NCBI GenBank assembly: GCA_965219345.1
Contig: OZ244732.1
Coordinates: 704,001-768,000, forward strand
From: Nitrosopumilus sp.
GTDB taxonomy: Archaea > Thermoproteota > Nitrososphaeria > Nitrososphaerales > Nitrosopumilaceae
Direction of reading: 5' to 3'
Length of the DNA stretch: 64,000 nt
Shown piece after piece: positions 31,401-41,299 of the stretch (positions are counted from its first letter, which is position 1; each line of letters starts with the position of its first letter). The position numbers were made by a program, and so were the translations under genes. The notes below the pieces were generated by a model. That model was not told the DNA's origin. It was given only the letters and a program-made list of their open reading frames with translations, and searched no databases.

Positions 31401-32078
31401 CTACACTGTTAATTCTTTAATTTTCTTTCTTGATTCTTCAACTAATCGTTTTATAACGGGAATGTAAATTTCTGCCGCATAAACAATTTCAATGTCTTTG
31501 CATTCTTCAATTTCTAGAAATGCAGAAGCTCTTACCTGATTTTCTCCAACTTTAGGCTCGTCATTTTTACTTCTTTTACGATTTATGATTTCTAAAAAAA
31601 TTGGTACTTGTCTTTTTATTTCAATTTCTAATTCTTCTTTTGAACGTAATTTTTCATGACTCAAATTAACTTTGATCTGTTGATTAATGTCATCTTTGCA
31701 TCTATCTGACGCTCTAATCATGATTTTAATTTTAGGCAGTTTTTCAAATTTGTTCTTAAATTGACAGATTTTTTTAATGAAATTCGGATATGGACTTTCA
31801 TGTTCCTGATTGTATCTGATTGAATACCATTCTGAAAATTTCATCGCATTCTGTTCACTTTTCATTTTTGCTTTTTTATCAAATTTTTTTTGTGAAATCT
31901 TTTCTGAAATAAATAATCCAAAATCTCTGCTTCCTTCCTCAAAAATTCCATTAAATATATCATTTACAGAATTTATGTATTCATTAAAAAAATAATTTAC
32001 ATAATAAGGATCAGGATCATATTGTTTAATCTGTTTTAGATATATTTCACAATCTTTTATCATTTTTTCTATATTCAT
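31401..32078 (-). CDS. hypothetical protein
   Basis: 225-aa ORF, translationally coupled to upstream gene. Confidence 0.6.
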   Translation of the reverse strand: MNIEKMIKDCEIYLKQIKQYDPDPYYVNYFFNEYINSVNDIFNGIFEEGSRDFGLFISEKISQKKFDKKAKMKSEQNAMKFSEWYSIRYNQEHESPYPNFIKKICQFKNKFEKLPKIKIMIRASDRCKDDINQQIKVNLSHEKLRSKEELEIEIKRQVPIFLEIINRKRSKNDEPKVGENQVRASAFLEIEECKDIEIVYAAEIYIPVIKRLVEESRKKIKELTV

Positions 32079-32458
32079 TAGTCTTTGTCAGATTCAAAAG
32101 TTGTATATTTTGATCGTGCTTTCAAACTTGTTGCTAATTCTTTGAAAATTTCATTTACACTAACATCAACTAAATTAATTGTTGCATTTTCCTTTACTAT
32201 TTGTTTTTCAAATTTTTCTTTAATTGCAAAAGATACTGATGACCAATGTAGGGTTCCTTTCAATTGTTCTTCAACTGTGATATTTGTTGTTGGAAAATTT
32301 GCTGGTGAGAATACAATTCCATTTGTCCATTGCATTGTGGGAATTCCTCCACCTGATGATCTTGTACTAAATGCTATTTGTTTAACCCAATCATCAAATC
32401 TGTATTCAATTACTTCATGAATAATCAATTTTTTCCATGGTTCTACTGAGATTTCCAT
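32078..32458 (-). CDS. hypothetical protein
   Basis: 126-aa ORF with TATA-like box upstream. Confidence 0.6.
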   Translation of the reverse strand: MEISVEPWKKLIIHEVIEYRFDDWVKQIAFSTRSSGGGIPTMQWTNGIVFSPANFPTTNITVEEQLKGTLHWSSVSFAIKEKFEKQIVKENATINLVDVSVNEIFKELATSLKARSKYTTFESDKD

Positions 32459-32568
32459 TTGATCATACTATTCTCAAACCAATTATAATCTTATTTTTTT
32501 GAGCCTAATTCGTTGAGTCTGAAAAACAAAAATAATCAAGCCTTTTCTTAATTTGCAATTTCACAGGA

Positions 32569-33090
32569 TTACATCTGTCCTGACTGCCATGCCTGATTAA
32601 ATTTTTTGATGGCTTCTTGATATGCCATAATTGAATCATCACCTGATGTTTTAAGAAATTTTTCCCACTGTTCATTGAATTTTTTAATTGATTCAATATT
32701 GGTTTCTTTGAAAATACTTTCAATCATCATTGACTGTTGTTTAATAAATTCAGGACCAATTTCTTCCCATGTATTTTCCCAACTTGAAGTTACTTTTTTT
32801 AATAATTCTGCATCTGTTTCTAATGCTTTTTGACATGCATCGTTATATGTTATTAGAGTTTCATTTGTAGCTTTTTGCCATTGTGCAAGAGACTCTTTCC
32901 AACCAGTTAATGCAGCATTGTAATTTGTCCATACTTTTTCAAATTCTAGTTTTTTTGATGAAGGTTTTGCTTGTTTTTTTGGTTTGGCAGTTGTTTTTTT
33001 GACTGACTTCTTTTTACGAGTGCTTTTTTTCTCGGCAGTTGTTTTTTTGACTGACTTCTTTTTACGAGTACGTTTTTTCTTGGTAGCCAT
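32569..33090 (-). CDS. Lys-rich N-terminus fused to Trp-rich amphipathic helical domain
   Basis: RKKKSVKKTTA x2, then W-periodic helices. Confidence 0.65.
   Translation of the reverse strand: MATKKKRTRKKKSVKKTTAEKKSTRKKKSVKKTTAKPKKQAKPSSKKLEFEKVWTNYNAALTGWKESLAQWQKATNETLITYNDACQKALETDAELLKKVTSSWENTWEEIGPEFIKQQSMMIESIFKETNIESIKKFNEQWEKFLKTSGDDSIMAYQEAIKKFNQAWQSGQM
32986..33069. repeat. 36-bp direct repeat (period 48) inside Lys-rich tail
   Basis: GGCAGTTGTTTTTTTGACTGACTTCTTTTTACGAGT at 32986-33021 and 33034-33069. Confidence 0.9.
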
Positions 33091-33161
33091 ACAATAGTTT
33101 GAAAATAGTAGGTGTTAAATCTTTCAATAATTTTAAAATTTAAAAAAAATCTAATGAATTT

Positions 33162-33320
33162 TTATTGAAATCCTGATGCTTTGGTAAAGTTTGTAAGATG
33201 CTTTTTGTCCTTATTTTTGAATAATTTGTAGTGCTCTTTGCATAGATTTCTGCTTTCTCTAAAACCAATTTTTACTGTATCTGTTGCTTTTAACTTGCAT
33301 TCGGAGATACTACATTGCAA
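33162..33320 (-). CDS. small CxxxxC...CxxH zinc-binding protein (52 aa; not in ORF track)
   Basis: TTG start: MQCSISECKLKATDTVKIGFRESRNLCKEHYKLF... Confidence 0.55.
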   Translation of the reverse strand: MQCSISECKLKATDTVKIGFRESRNLCKEHYKLFKNKDKKHLTNFTKASGFQ

Positions 33321-33387
33321 TATGGCAAATAATCCACATTTACTAATAAAACTTTGAAATTATGTTATTACCTTCTACTAACTTTTT

Positions 33388-33621
33388 ATGATTGCATTAT
33401 GTCGAAAAACTATGAATGATGATGAGAAAGGTAAGAGATTTTTAGAATCAATTGATGAGCAAAACAATCTTCAATGGAGTATTGTTGCAAAATTATCTTC
33501 TTTAATTACCTTAAAATGGAATTCTATTGAATTACAAAACGAGCTTGAAACATTAGTAGAAAAATATTCTAAAATTACTAAAGAGCTTAACAGTCTTGAT
33601 GAGAATAGCAGTATTTTATAG
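33388..33621 (+). CDS. hypothetical protein
   Basis: 77-aa ORF (start may be 33412). Confidence 0.5.
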   Translation: MIALCRKTMNDDEKGKRFLESIDEQNNLQWSIVAKLSSLITLKWNSIELQNELETLVEKYSKITKELNSLDENSSIL

Positions 33622-34545
33622 TGCAGAGTCTACCATTAATGCAATAAACAATACTGCCAAATAGGGACTAGAAAATTTAAACAAAGTCCATGAGGCTTTT
33701 TCCATAGGCTTAACTATCACCCATATTGATAATGCTAACATTAATGCGCCTGATGCAACCGCAGTCCATAGATATATTCCACCTACCATCTCTTCACCAT
33801 TTTCTGTTGTTATGAAGAATGGGGCAATTGAAAACAATACCATTACAACAGTTGAACCTGCAATTACTCTTGCCGATGTTTTTTCAGATTGTACCGCAGT
33901 TAACATTGGAACATTAACTTTGTTGTAATCATCTTTGAAATGTAAGGTCAGAGCCCAAATATGCATTGGAATCCAAATAAACACCAAACCTGCCATTGCA
34001 AGACCCATAGTCCATAAATCTGACATGCTTACAGCTACCCATCCAATCAAAGGTGGTGAACCTCCACATAAACCCCCTAAAATTATGTTTGTCCTTGATC
34101 TTCGTTTTAATGCATACGAGTAAACAAGAATGTTGTTCAGCAGTCCAAATGCAATGAATGTAGTTGCCCACGCACCTTGTTCTAATGTTGTAGTGAACGA
34201 AATTCCAAATGCTAAAGCTAACGATATTCCAGCTAATACCAATCCAAAATTCCTTGCTTTTTCTGCTGGATAGATTCTCTTTGATGGAAGAGGTCTGTCC
34301 TTCGTTCTTTCCATTATTGCATCAATATCTCTGTCATGATAGTTTGTCAAAGTGTTAGCGGCAGCTGAACCTGCTGCAACTGAAAATAACATTAACATCC
34401 ATGTTGCTGGAGAAATTTCAATATCATAAATATTGGATGCTGTTAATGCAGCACCAAATGCAGTAAACACCAGTAAATACCAAATCTTTGGCTTTGTTAA
34501 TTCATAGTATACAGCAACACGAGATTCTGACTTTTGTTTTTGCAA
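33616..34545 (-). CDS. cyoE: protoheme IX farnesyltransferase (heme o synthase)
   Basis: LTKPKI, DRDIDAIMERTKDRPLP, WIPMHIWAL, DDY..VPML. Confidence 0.92.
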   Translation of the reverse strand: MQKQKSESRVAVYYELTKPKIWYLLVFTAFGAALTASNIYDIEISPATWMLMLFSVAAGSAAANTLTNYHDRDIDAIMERTKDRPLPSKRIYPAEKARNFGLVLAGISLALAFGISFTTTLEQGAWATTFIAFGLLNNILVYSYALKRRSRTNIILGGLCGGSPPLIGWVAVSMSDLWTMGLAMAGLVFIWIPMHIWALTLHFKDDYNKVNVPMLTAVQSEKTSARVIAGSTVVMVLFSIAPFFITTENGEEMVGGIYLWTAVASGALMLALSIWVIVKPMEKASWTLFKFSSPYLAVLFIALMVDSAL

Positions 34546-34547
34546 TG

Positions 34548-35015
34548 CTAGTCGCTATCCTTTGACGACATATATGGCATTGCCTTAGTTCGTGATTTCA
34601 TCTCAATAAACGATTCTGAAGACTGAATTCCTTCAATTCTGCCAATTTGTTCAGAGACTATTTTATGCATCTGATCTAATGATTTTGAATACATAGTTAC
34701 CAGTATGTCAAATCTACCTGTAACTTCTGCAACCTCTCTGACACCATCAATCTTGAATAATTCCTCAATTATATGATCGCGTTTTTTTGAATTCATATTA
34801 ATTCCAGTTAATGCCTTTACGATGTAACCAAGCTCATTATCGTTTACAACAATTGTAAAACGTTCAATTAATTTTCTTTTAACTAGTCTTTTGATTCTTG
34901 AATAAATTACTGATGAGTTAACATCAATCTTTTTTGATAAACGGGGAACCGAAATTGATGCATCATTAGATAACTCGGATAAAATTTGTAAATCTAAATT
35001 ATCTACTTTTACCGT
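34548..35015 (-). CDS. Lrp/AsnC family transcriptional regulator
   Basis: Frame open upstream of listed ORF to ACG at 35015: VKVDNLDLQILSELSNDASISVPRLSKKI HTH; EVTGRFDI RAM domain. Confidence 0.82.
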   Translation of the reverse strand, partial: TVKVDNLDLQILSELSNDASISVPRLSKKIDVNSSVIYSRIKRLVKRKLIERFTIVVNDNELGYIVKALTGINMNSKKRDHIIEELFKIDGVREVAEVTGRFDILVTMYSKSLDQMHKIVSEQIGRIEGIQSSESFIEMKSRTKAMPYMSSKDSD

Positions 35016-35086
35016 TCAAAACACCTGAGTCGATCTAGATTTCTTGTTCTTATAAAGTTATTATTGTAAAAATTGCAAAAAATAGT

Positions 35087-36163
35087 CTAAATCTTGCCTT
35101 TTTTGTATAGCATTTCTGCTAGCAAAACTGCACCTTTTGCTGAACCCATTTTCTTGTTGTGTGAGAACAACATGTATTTGAGTCCATGATCAAACAGTTC
35201 CTCTTTTTCTACTCTTCCAATTGTTGTGGTCATTCCACCACCGACAGATCTTTCCATTCTTGGTTGAGGTCTTGTTGGATCTTCATGAAATGCATAGTAT
35301 TTTTCTGGAGCTGAAGGCAATCCTTCAACTGAAATATTCTGATTGTAAGAATTGTAAAGTTCTTTGGCTTTTGTAGGATCAATCTCATCTAAAGTCTCCA
35401 CAAAGACAGATTCAGTATGTCCGTCAATTACAGGAACTCTAGTACATGTACAGCTAACCTTAATGTCTGCATCCTCAATTTTACCATCCTTGAGTTTTCC
35501 TAAGATCTTTCTTGTCTCAGTTCTAACTTTTTCTTCCTCTTTTGGAATGTATGGTAGGATATTATCTGTTATTCCCATTGCAGATACTCCTGACTTCCCA
35601 CCTCCAGAGATTGCCTGCATTGAGGTCATCATAACTTTTTTTGCTCCATATTTATCAAGTAAGGGTTTTAGTGTAATTGCTAAACCCGTGGTAGTACAGT
35701 TTGGCAGAGGTGCTACCCAGCCTTTCCAGTTACGGTTTTTCTTTTGAGTTTCAAGTAATTCAGCTTGCTCATCATTAATTCCTGGAATGAGAATTGGGAC
35801 GTCTTCTTCATATCTATATGCAGAACTAGTTGAAATTACTGGCAAGTCTGCTGCCATTTTAGTTTCAATATCTCTTGCAGCTACAGATTCTACTGCTGAA
35901 AATACTAAATCTAATTGTGATACGTCAATATCATCAATTTTTTTTACAGTCATTGACTTGATGTATTCAGGTATTTCTCCACCAACATCCCATGCTACGA
36001 TTCCACTTGCATCTTTGATCGCATCCAAATAGTTCTTATCTGCTGAACGCTCAGAAGCTGCAATTTGAGTTACCTCAAACCATGGGTGGCTCTCTAAACA
36101 TTGGACAAATTCTTGCCCTACAGCACCTGTTACTCCGATAATTACAACTCTTTTTTTATCCAT
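35087..36163 (-). CDS. asd: aspartate-semialdehyde dehydrogenase
   Basis: GVTGAVGQ, PNCTT, MQAISGGG, CTRVPVIDGH. Confidence 0.92.
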   Translation of the reverse strand: MDKKRVVIIGVTGAVGQEFVQCLESHPWFEVTQIAASERSADKNYLDAIKDASGIVAWDVGGEIPEYIKSMTVKKIDDIDVSQLDLVFSAVESVAARDIETKMAADLPVISTSSAYRYEEDVPILIPGINDEQAELLETQKKNRNWKGWVAPLPNCTTTGLAITLKPLLDKYGAKKVMMTSMQAISGGGKSGVSAMGITDNILPYIPKEEEKVRTETRKILGKLKDGKIEDADIKVSCTCTRVPVIDGHTESVFVETLDEIDPTKAKELYNSYNQNISVEGLPSAPEKYYAFHEDPTRPQPRMERSVGGGMTTTIGRVEKEELFDHGLKYMLFSHNKKMGSAKGAVLLAEMLYKKGKI

Positions 36164-36246
36164 AATTGGATAGTTGATCGCTTTCAATTAATAATCGTTT
36201 TTCAGACTACCAAAAGATACTATATTGCCTGTATCTATCTTCAACT

Positions 36247-37326
36247 GTGAAAATAAGCATAAAACGCAATATTGCAACACATAATCCTGTAGCTCATGGA
36301 GGTAGATACTCTGTAGATAATAGAGATCCTGGTATTGTAGATTTCAGCTCAAACATAACTCCTGCTGGAATGCCAATTTCTGTTAAATCAATCTTGAAAA
36401 GAAGACTGGGTCAAATGGAATACTATCCGGATTCAAATTCCAGTGATTTGATATCCAGCCTCAAAAGATATACTAGGTTACCAAAATCAAACCTAATTGT
36501 TGGAAATGGCTCAATTGAGATAATCTATAATTTCTGTAGTGCAGTTTTATCAAAAAAACGTATTTTGATACCCACACCCACATTTGGAGAATATGAAGCT
36601 GCAGCAAAACTTGCTGATTGTAAAATTACTTTTTTTAAAACAATGAATCTTGCTGAAAATCTTGATTCATTTATTTCTCAAATTCCTGCAAATGGATGTA
36701 TCTTTATTTGCAACCCAAATAATCCCACTGGAACTATTTTATCTAAAAAACAATTGATAAAAATTCTGTTATCTGCTAAACACAAATCTTGTCTTGTATT
36801 TGTTGATGAATGCTTTATTGAACTAGTTCCACAATCAAACCAATCTATCCTAAATTTAGTAAAAACACATGATAATCTCTTTGTATTAAGATCACTTACC
36901 AAATCGTTCGGTTTAGCTGGTATTAGAATTGGATATGCTGGAGCTTCAAAACAAATTATAGATATTCTACAAAAGATGAAAATTCCTTGGAGTGTTAATG
37001 CTTTAGCTCAAGAAGCAGGCATAATTGCAATCAAAAACGAATCACATCTTATAGAATCAAAATCTATCATAAAAAAAGAATCAGGATTTCTTAAAAACAA
37101 AATTGCTGATATCCAAGGTTTTGAGTGTCATGATTCTTCAACCAACTTTATTCTAATTAAAACAAAACAAGACTCTACGAAACTCCAAAGAAAATTACTA
37201 AAACACAAAGTTTTGATTCGAGATTGTAAAAACTTTCGTGGTCTAAATAATCATTACATTAGAATTGCAGTAAAGTCTCACAAAGATAATCTAAAACTAG
37301 TACGAGCATTGGAGGCAGTAACATGA
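36247..37326 (+). CDS. cobD: L-threonine-O-3-phosphate decarboxylase (CobD, HisC-like PLP enzyme)
   Basis: HGG, DFSSN, CNPNNPTG, RSLTKSFGLAGIRIGY; heads cobalamin cluster. Confidence 0.8.
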   Translation: MKISIKRNIATHNPVAHGGRYSVDNRDPGIVDFSSNITPAGMPISVKSILKRRLGQMEYYPDSNSSDLISSLKRYTRLPKSNLIVGNGSIEIIYNFCSAVLSKKRILIPTPTFGEYEAAAKLADCKITFFKTMNLAENLDSFISQIPANGCIFICNPNNPTGTILSKKQLIKILLSAKHKSCLVFVDECFIELVPQSNQSILNLVKTHDNLFVLRSLTKSFGLAGIRIGYAGASKQIIDILQKMKIPWSVNALAQEAGIIAIKNESHLIESKSIIKKESGFLKNKIADIQGFECHDSSTNFILIKTKQDSTKLQRKLLKHKVLIRDCKNFRGLNNHYIRIAVKSHKDNLKLVRALEAVT

Positions 37327-38162
37327 AATCTTTGATGGTTCAGGGAACCACTTCTGGTGCTGGTAAGACTATACTAGTTGCGGCATTATGTAGAATATTT
37401 TCTGATAATGGCTACAGCGTAGCACCATTCAAATCACAAAATATGTCAAATTTTGGTTATGCCACGCCTGATTTTGAGATATCCCGTGCTCAGGCAATCC
37501 AGGCGATAGCTGCTAGATGCCAAATAGAGTCAGATCTTAATCCTATAATGCTAAAGCCATTAGGAAATTACTATAGTACAGTCTATCTCAATGGTAAGCG
37601 TTACAAGAAAATGCATGCAAAGGATTACTATGCAAAATTTGTAAAATCAAAAGGAATCAAAGCCGCAACTGATTCTTTATCTAGACTCAAGAAAAACCAT
37701 GATTTGGTAATTTTAGAAGGAGCAGGTTCCCCGGCTGAAATCAATTTACAAAATTATGATATTGCCAATATGCAGATTGCTCAGCAAGCAAATGCGTCTG
37801 TTTTGTTGATATCAGATATTGACAAGGGAGGTTCTTTTGCAAGTTTAGTTGGAACTATGACATTAATTGAGAAAAAATATCAAAAACTAGTCAAGGGATT
37901 TGTATTCAACAAGTTTCGTGGAGATATTGATGTACTAAAGCCAGGATTTAGAAAACTAAAACAAATTACCAAGATTCCAGTTTTAGGAACTATTCCTATG
38001 ATAAAGATGAACATCCCTGAAGAGGACTCACTTAATGCAAAACCAAAAGAGATTGCTTGGACCAAAAATAATATTACTAAAATAGATAAAGAACTAGACA
38101 AGTTAGCAAAAACTGTAAAAAATAACCTAGATATAAAAACAATTGAGAGGATGATAAAATGA
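37323..38162 (+). CDS. cobQ: cobyric acid synthase, synthetase domain only
   Basis: QGTTSGAGKT, PFKSQNMS, EGAGSPAEINL, NKFRGD; ends before any glutaminase domain. Confidence 0.85.
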   Translation: MKSLMVQGTTSGAGKTILVAALCRIFSDNGYSVAPFKSQNMSNFGYATPDFEISRAQAIQAIAARCQIESDLNPIMLKPLGNYYSTVYLNGKRYKKMHAKDYYAKFVKSKGIKAATDSLSRLKKNHDLVILEGAGSPAEINLQNYDIANMQIAQQANASVLLISDIDKGGSFASLVGTMTLIEKKYQKLVKGFVFNKFRGDIDVLKPGFRKLKQITKIPVLGTIPMIKMNIPEEDSLNAKPKEIAWTKNNITKIDKELDKLAKTVKNNLDIKTIERMIK

Positions 38163-39130
38163 TTCTGGAGTCTATTGTAACTGTTGCATTTGCGTTAGGA
38201 TTAGACTTTGCATTTGGAGATCCTAAGAGTAAATACCATCCAACTGCATGGATTGGAACATTAATTGCAAAGCTAACACCACTAGCAAAAAATCCAAGTG
38301 CATTTGTTGAAAAACTTGGAGGAATTCTTATAGTTACAATAACTGTTGGAGTTGTAGTTGCATTACTTTTAATTTTAGACACTGGAATTTCATTATTTAC
38401 AACTGATTTGGTAACCCTAGTTATCTCGGTTGTAGTTGGAGTGATGCTCCTTAAGACTACTATTGCTATTCGAGGCATGGAACGCTACGCTCGTGCTGTG
38501 GTAGATTCTCTAGAGCAAGATAATTTAGATTCTGCACGAGCAAATCTATCCATGATTGTTAAAAGAAATACCAAGAATTTGGACAAAAATCACATAATTT
38601 CAGGCGTACTTGAGAGCATAAGTGAAAATACTGTTGATGGTATTACTGGACCACTATTCTATTATGCTCTATTTGGTTTACCTGGAGCATTTGTATATAG
38701 AGTAATCAACACTGCAGATTCAATGATTGGATACAAGACTGATATTTTCAAAAATGTAGGATGGTTTGGTGCAACTTGTGACACAATTTTAAATTATATT
38801 CCATCTAGACTAACGGGATTAGTAATGATCATTTCAGCTGCAATATTACAAAATAATTGGAAGGAATCATACAAAATAATGATTAGAGATGGCAAAAAAA
38901 CAGAAAGTCCTAATGCAGGGTATCCAATGGCTGCATTGGCAGGAGCTCTTGGAACAAAGTTTGAAAAGGTAAATCACTACAAGTTAGGCAATGGTGAAAT
39001 TTCTCTAACAAAAGAACATGTAGACTCTGCACTTACAATGATGAAAGTTACTTCAATTCTTTTCTTTGGAATAGTAATAATTCCAATAATTTCTATTTTA
39101 TCACTCGTTGGATGGTGGGTTCATGCTTAA
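38159..39130 (+). CDS. cbiB: adenosylcobinamide-phosphate synthase CbiB
   Basis: GDP..HP, ESISENTVDG, YRVINTADSMIGY, SPNAGYP. Confidence 0.9.
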   Translation: MILESIVTVAFALGLDFAFGDPKSKYHPTAWIGTLIAKLTPLAKNPSAFVEKLGGILIVTITVGVVVALLLILDTGISLFTTDLVTLVISVVVGVMLLKTTIAIRGMERYARAVVDSLEQDNLDSARANLSMIVKRNTKNLDKNHIISGVLESISENTVDGITGPLFYYALFGLPGAFVYRVINTADSMIGYKTDIFKNVGWFGATCDTILNYIPSRLTGLVMIISAAILQNNWKESYKIMIRDGKKTESPNAGYPMAALAGALGTKFEKVNHYKLGNGEISLTKEHVDSALTMMKVTSILFFGIVIIPIISILSLVGWWVHA

Positions 39131-39848
39131 AGAAATTGGCTCTGTTTTTTCATTTCTGACAATCTTTCCATCATCAAATGCAACTTTAGAAAGTACTGCA
39201 AAATACATGTATGTTTTTCCTATTGTTGGAATTGCAATTGGACTTTTAGTTGGTTCATTTGGTTTTGGATTATCTTTCTTTTTAGATCCTTTGTTAGTTA
39301 GCTTGTTAGTGGTTGCTTCCATTGCAATTGTTACTGGAATTCATCATGCAGATGGCTTGGCTGATTTTGCTGATGGGCTTATGGTGAAAGGAAGTAAAGA
39401 TAGGAAGCTAAAAGCAATGAAAGATCTTTCTACGGGCTCCGCAGGAATTGTTGGAATTGTTTTGTATCTTATTGGGTTGGTAATAACTATCTCTCTTACA
39501 AATGGATTTGATTTGTTTAGGGCAATTTTGATCAGCGAAATTCTGGCAAAATTCTCAATGGTATTAATGGCAAGTTTGGGAAACTCAGCTGCACTAGGCT
39601 CAAATTCTCCTTTTGTAGCTATTATGAAAGACAAGAAAAAACTTGCAGCTGCATTCATCATTATGTTAATTCCAGTAGCTGTAATTGGTGAGACTACTGG
39701 ACTAGCAATGCTTGGTGTAACAATTGCCCTGACAATCTTTCTTTTAGCTATTTCTACTCGTAGTTTTGGTGGAATTACTGGTGATGTTCTTGGTGCCACA
39801 AACGAACTTACAAGATTGGCGTCTCTGATGGTATTTGTATCGATATGA
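39123..39848 (+). CDS. cobS: adenosylcobinamide-GDP ribazoletransferase
   Basis: FLTIFP, GIHHADGLADFADG, MKD, GGITGDVLGA. Confidence 0.9.
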   Translation: MLKEIGSVFSFLTIFPSSNATLESTAKYMYVFPIVGIAIGLLVGSFGFGLSFFLDPLLVSLLVVASIAIVTGIHHADGLADFADGLMVKGSKDRKLKAMKDLSTGSAGIVGIVLYLIGLVITISLTNGFDLFRAILISEILAKFSMVLMASLGNSAALGSNSPFVAIMKDKKKLAAAFIIMLIPVAVIGETTGLAMLGVTIALTIFLLAISTRSFGGITGDVLGATNELTRLASLMVFVSI

Positions 39849-40429
39849 TTGGTCTTGTAATGGCGGGTGGCAAAGGTAATCGTATGGAGTTAGATCATGA
39901 AAAACTATTACTCAAATACAAAAAACCTATAATCCTTCATGTAATTGACTCATTAAAAAATTCAAATTGTTTTTCAAAAATTTTAACTGCTACTAGTTCC
40001 AATTCCCCTAAAACAAAAAAGTTTCTGCAGGAAAATAATGTTGAAACTTTTGACACTCCTGGAATTGGTTATGTAAAAGATCTAAATTTAGCACTTAAAA
40101 CTGTCAACGACGTGGTTTTAGTTACTTCTGGTGATTTGCCTTTATTAGATAAAGAAGTTATACAAAAAATTGTAACAAACTATGATTCTCAAAATATTTG
40201 GACTAGCATTCTTGTCACAAACAAATTTTTAACTACTCTTGGAATTGAATCTGATTATTCTATAAATTTTGATAATCAAGCATGTCATTATACGGGAATT
40301 TCTTTAGTTAATTCAGAAAAAATCTCTTCGCTTGAAAATTTAGAAGAAAATTATATCATAATTGATGATAAGAGAATCGCATTTAATATAAATACAAAAC
40401 AAGACTATAATTTACTCAGCACTGCCTAA
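39845..40429 (+). CDS. cobY: adenosylcobinamide-phosphate guanylyltransferase
   Basis: MAGGKGNRM..EK, GYVKDL, GDLP, NINT; cobalamin cluster. Confidence 0.82.
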   Translation: MIGLVMAGGKGNRMELDHEKLLLKYKKPIILHVIDSLKNSNCFSKILTATSSNSPKTKKFLQENNVETFDTPGIGYVKDLNLALKTVNDVVLVTSGDLPLLDKEVIQKIVTNYDSQNIWTSILVTNKFLTTLGIESDYSINFDNQACHYTGISLVNSEKISSLENLEENYIIIDDKRIAFNINTKQDYNLLSTA

Positions 40430-40609
40430 GATTTTTCCATTTATCTTGGCTTTTGATCCTGTTGGTTCTGCAATGGTGTTACCACAGGAATTGCATGCAA
40501 CTAATGTTGACGCATGAGAATAAACTACTTGAGGTTCACCACATTCATCGCAGTTAACTTTTTGAAATTTGCTAGATGGTTCTGGAATTTCAATATGATC
40601 TCTTTTCAT
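40412..40609 (-). CDS. rps27e: 30S ribosomal protein S27e
   Basis: PSSKFQKVNCDECG..CNSCG..PTGSKA. Confidence 0.93.
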   Translation of the reverse strand: MKRDHIEIPEPSSKFQKVNCDECGEPQVVYSHASTLVACNSCGNTIAEPTGSKAKINGKILGSAE

Positions 40610-40887
40610 GCTGCCACCAACTCAAATTTCTTAATTCTAATGCCTGGTTTATTGTATTTCTTTTTACATACAGTACATGTCATAATAGGAGTAACTTTTT
40701 TTGTAACTTTGGCTGGTTTTGCTAGTTTTGGGAATTTCTGTCCACCATATCCATGTTTACGTTCTGCATGTCGGCGTTCACCTCTAGCAGAACCACGTCT
40801 TTTTCCAGCTTTGTAAATGGAGACCTTTTGTTCAGTATGTGTTTTACATTTAGGACAATACTTTCTGATCACCTTGGGAATGTTCAT
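40606..40887 (-). CDS. rpl44e: 50S ribosomal protein L44e
   Basis: YCPKCKTHT, GYGGQ, KVTKK, CTVC. Confidence 0.95.
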   Translation of the reverse strand: MNIPKVIRKYCPKCKTHTEQKVSIYKAGKRRGSARGERRHAERKHGYGGQKFPKLAKPAKVTKKVTPIMTCTVCKKKYNKPGIRIKKFELVAA

Positions 40888-40917
40888 ATCAACAAAACCT
40901 CTTCAACCGTAATTTAA

Positions 40918-40927
40918 GCATTGAATC
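40918..40927 (+). repeat. 10-bp direct repeat at left island boundary (second copy 53341-53350)
   Basis: GCATTGAATC at both junctions with core genome. Confidence 0.55.
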
Positions 40928-41055
40928 GGTTCTGGTAAAAAATAGTGATCAAGATCACCAAATTTTAACAGCAGGGTTCATAATGTGATATTTTCAATTA
41001 ATTCAGGCATAAAATAATCCCATATTTCATCAGATCATCAGAATCTTCCAGAACC
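40928..41055 (+). mobile_element. 128-bp IS6-type MITE, copy 1
   Basis: GGTTCTGG...CCAGAACC ends; exact reverse complement of 53181-53308. Confidence 0.9.
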
Positions 41056-41299
41056 GGCATTATTTATAGAATAGTATCGATCAGAATAAAATTTCAAGGT
41101 AAAGGATCATGTCCTCTCTTGTACCCTGAGAATTTCCTATACTCATAATCAGTTAGCGGAGTTTGGCATTTACACTTACAAAAGGTTTTCATGCGGTTCT
41201 GCTAAGTTATGGGGATATAGAATGAAATATGAATTTTCTCCAGATTGAACATGCGATCAATGCTTACTGTTATAATCTGGATATTTTCGATTATTTTGT

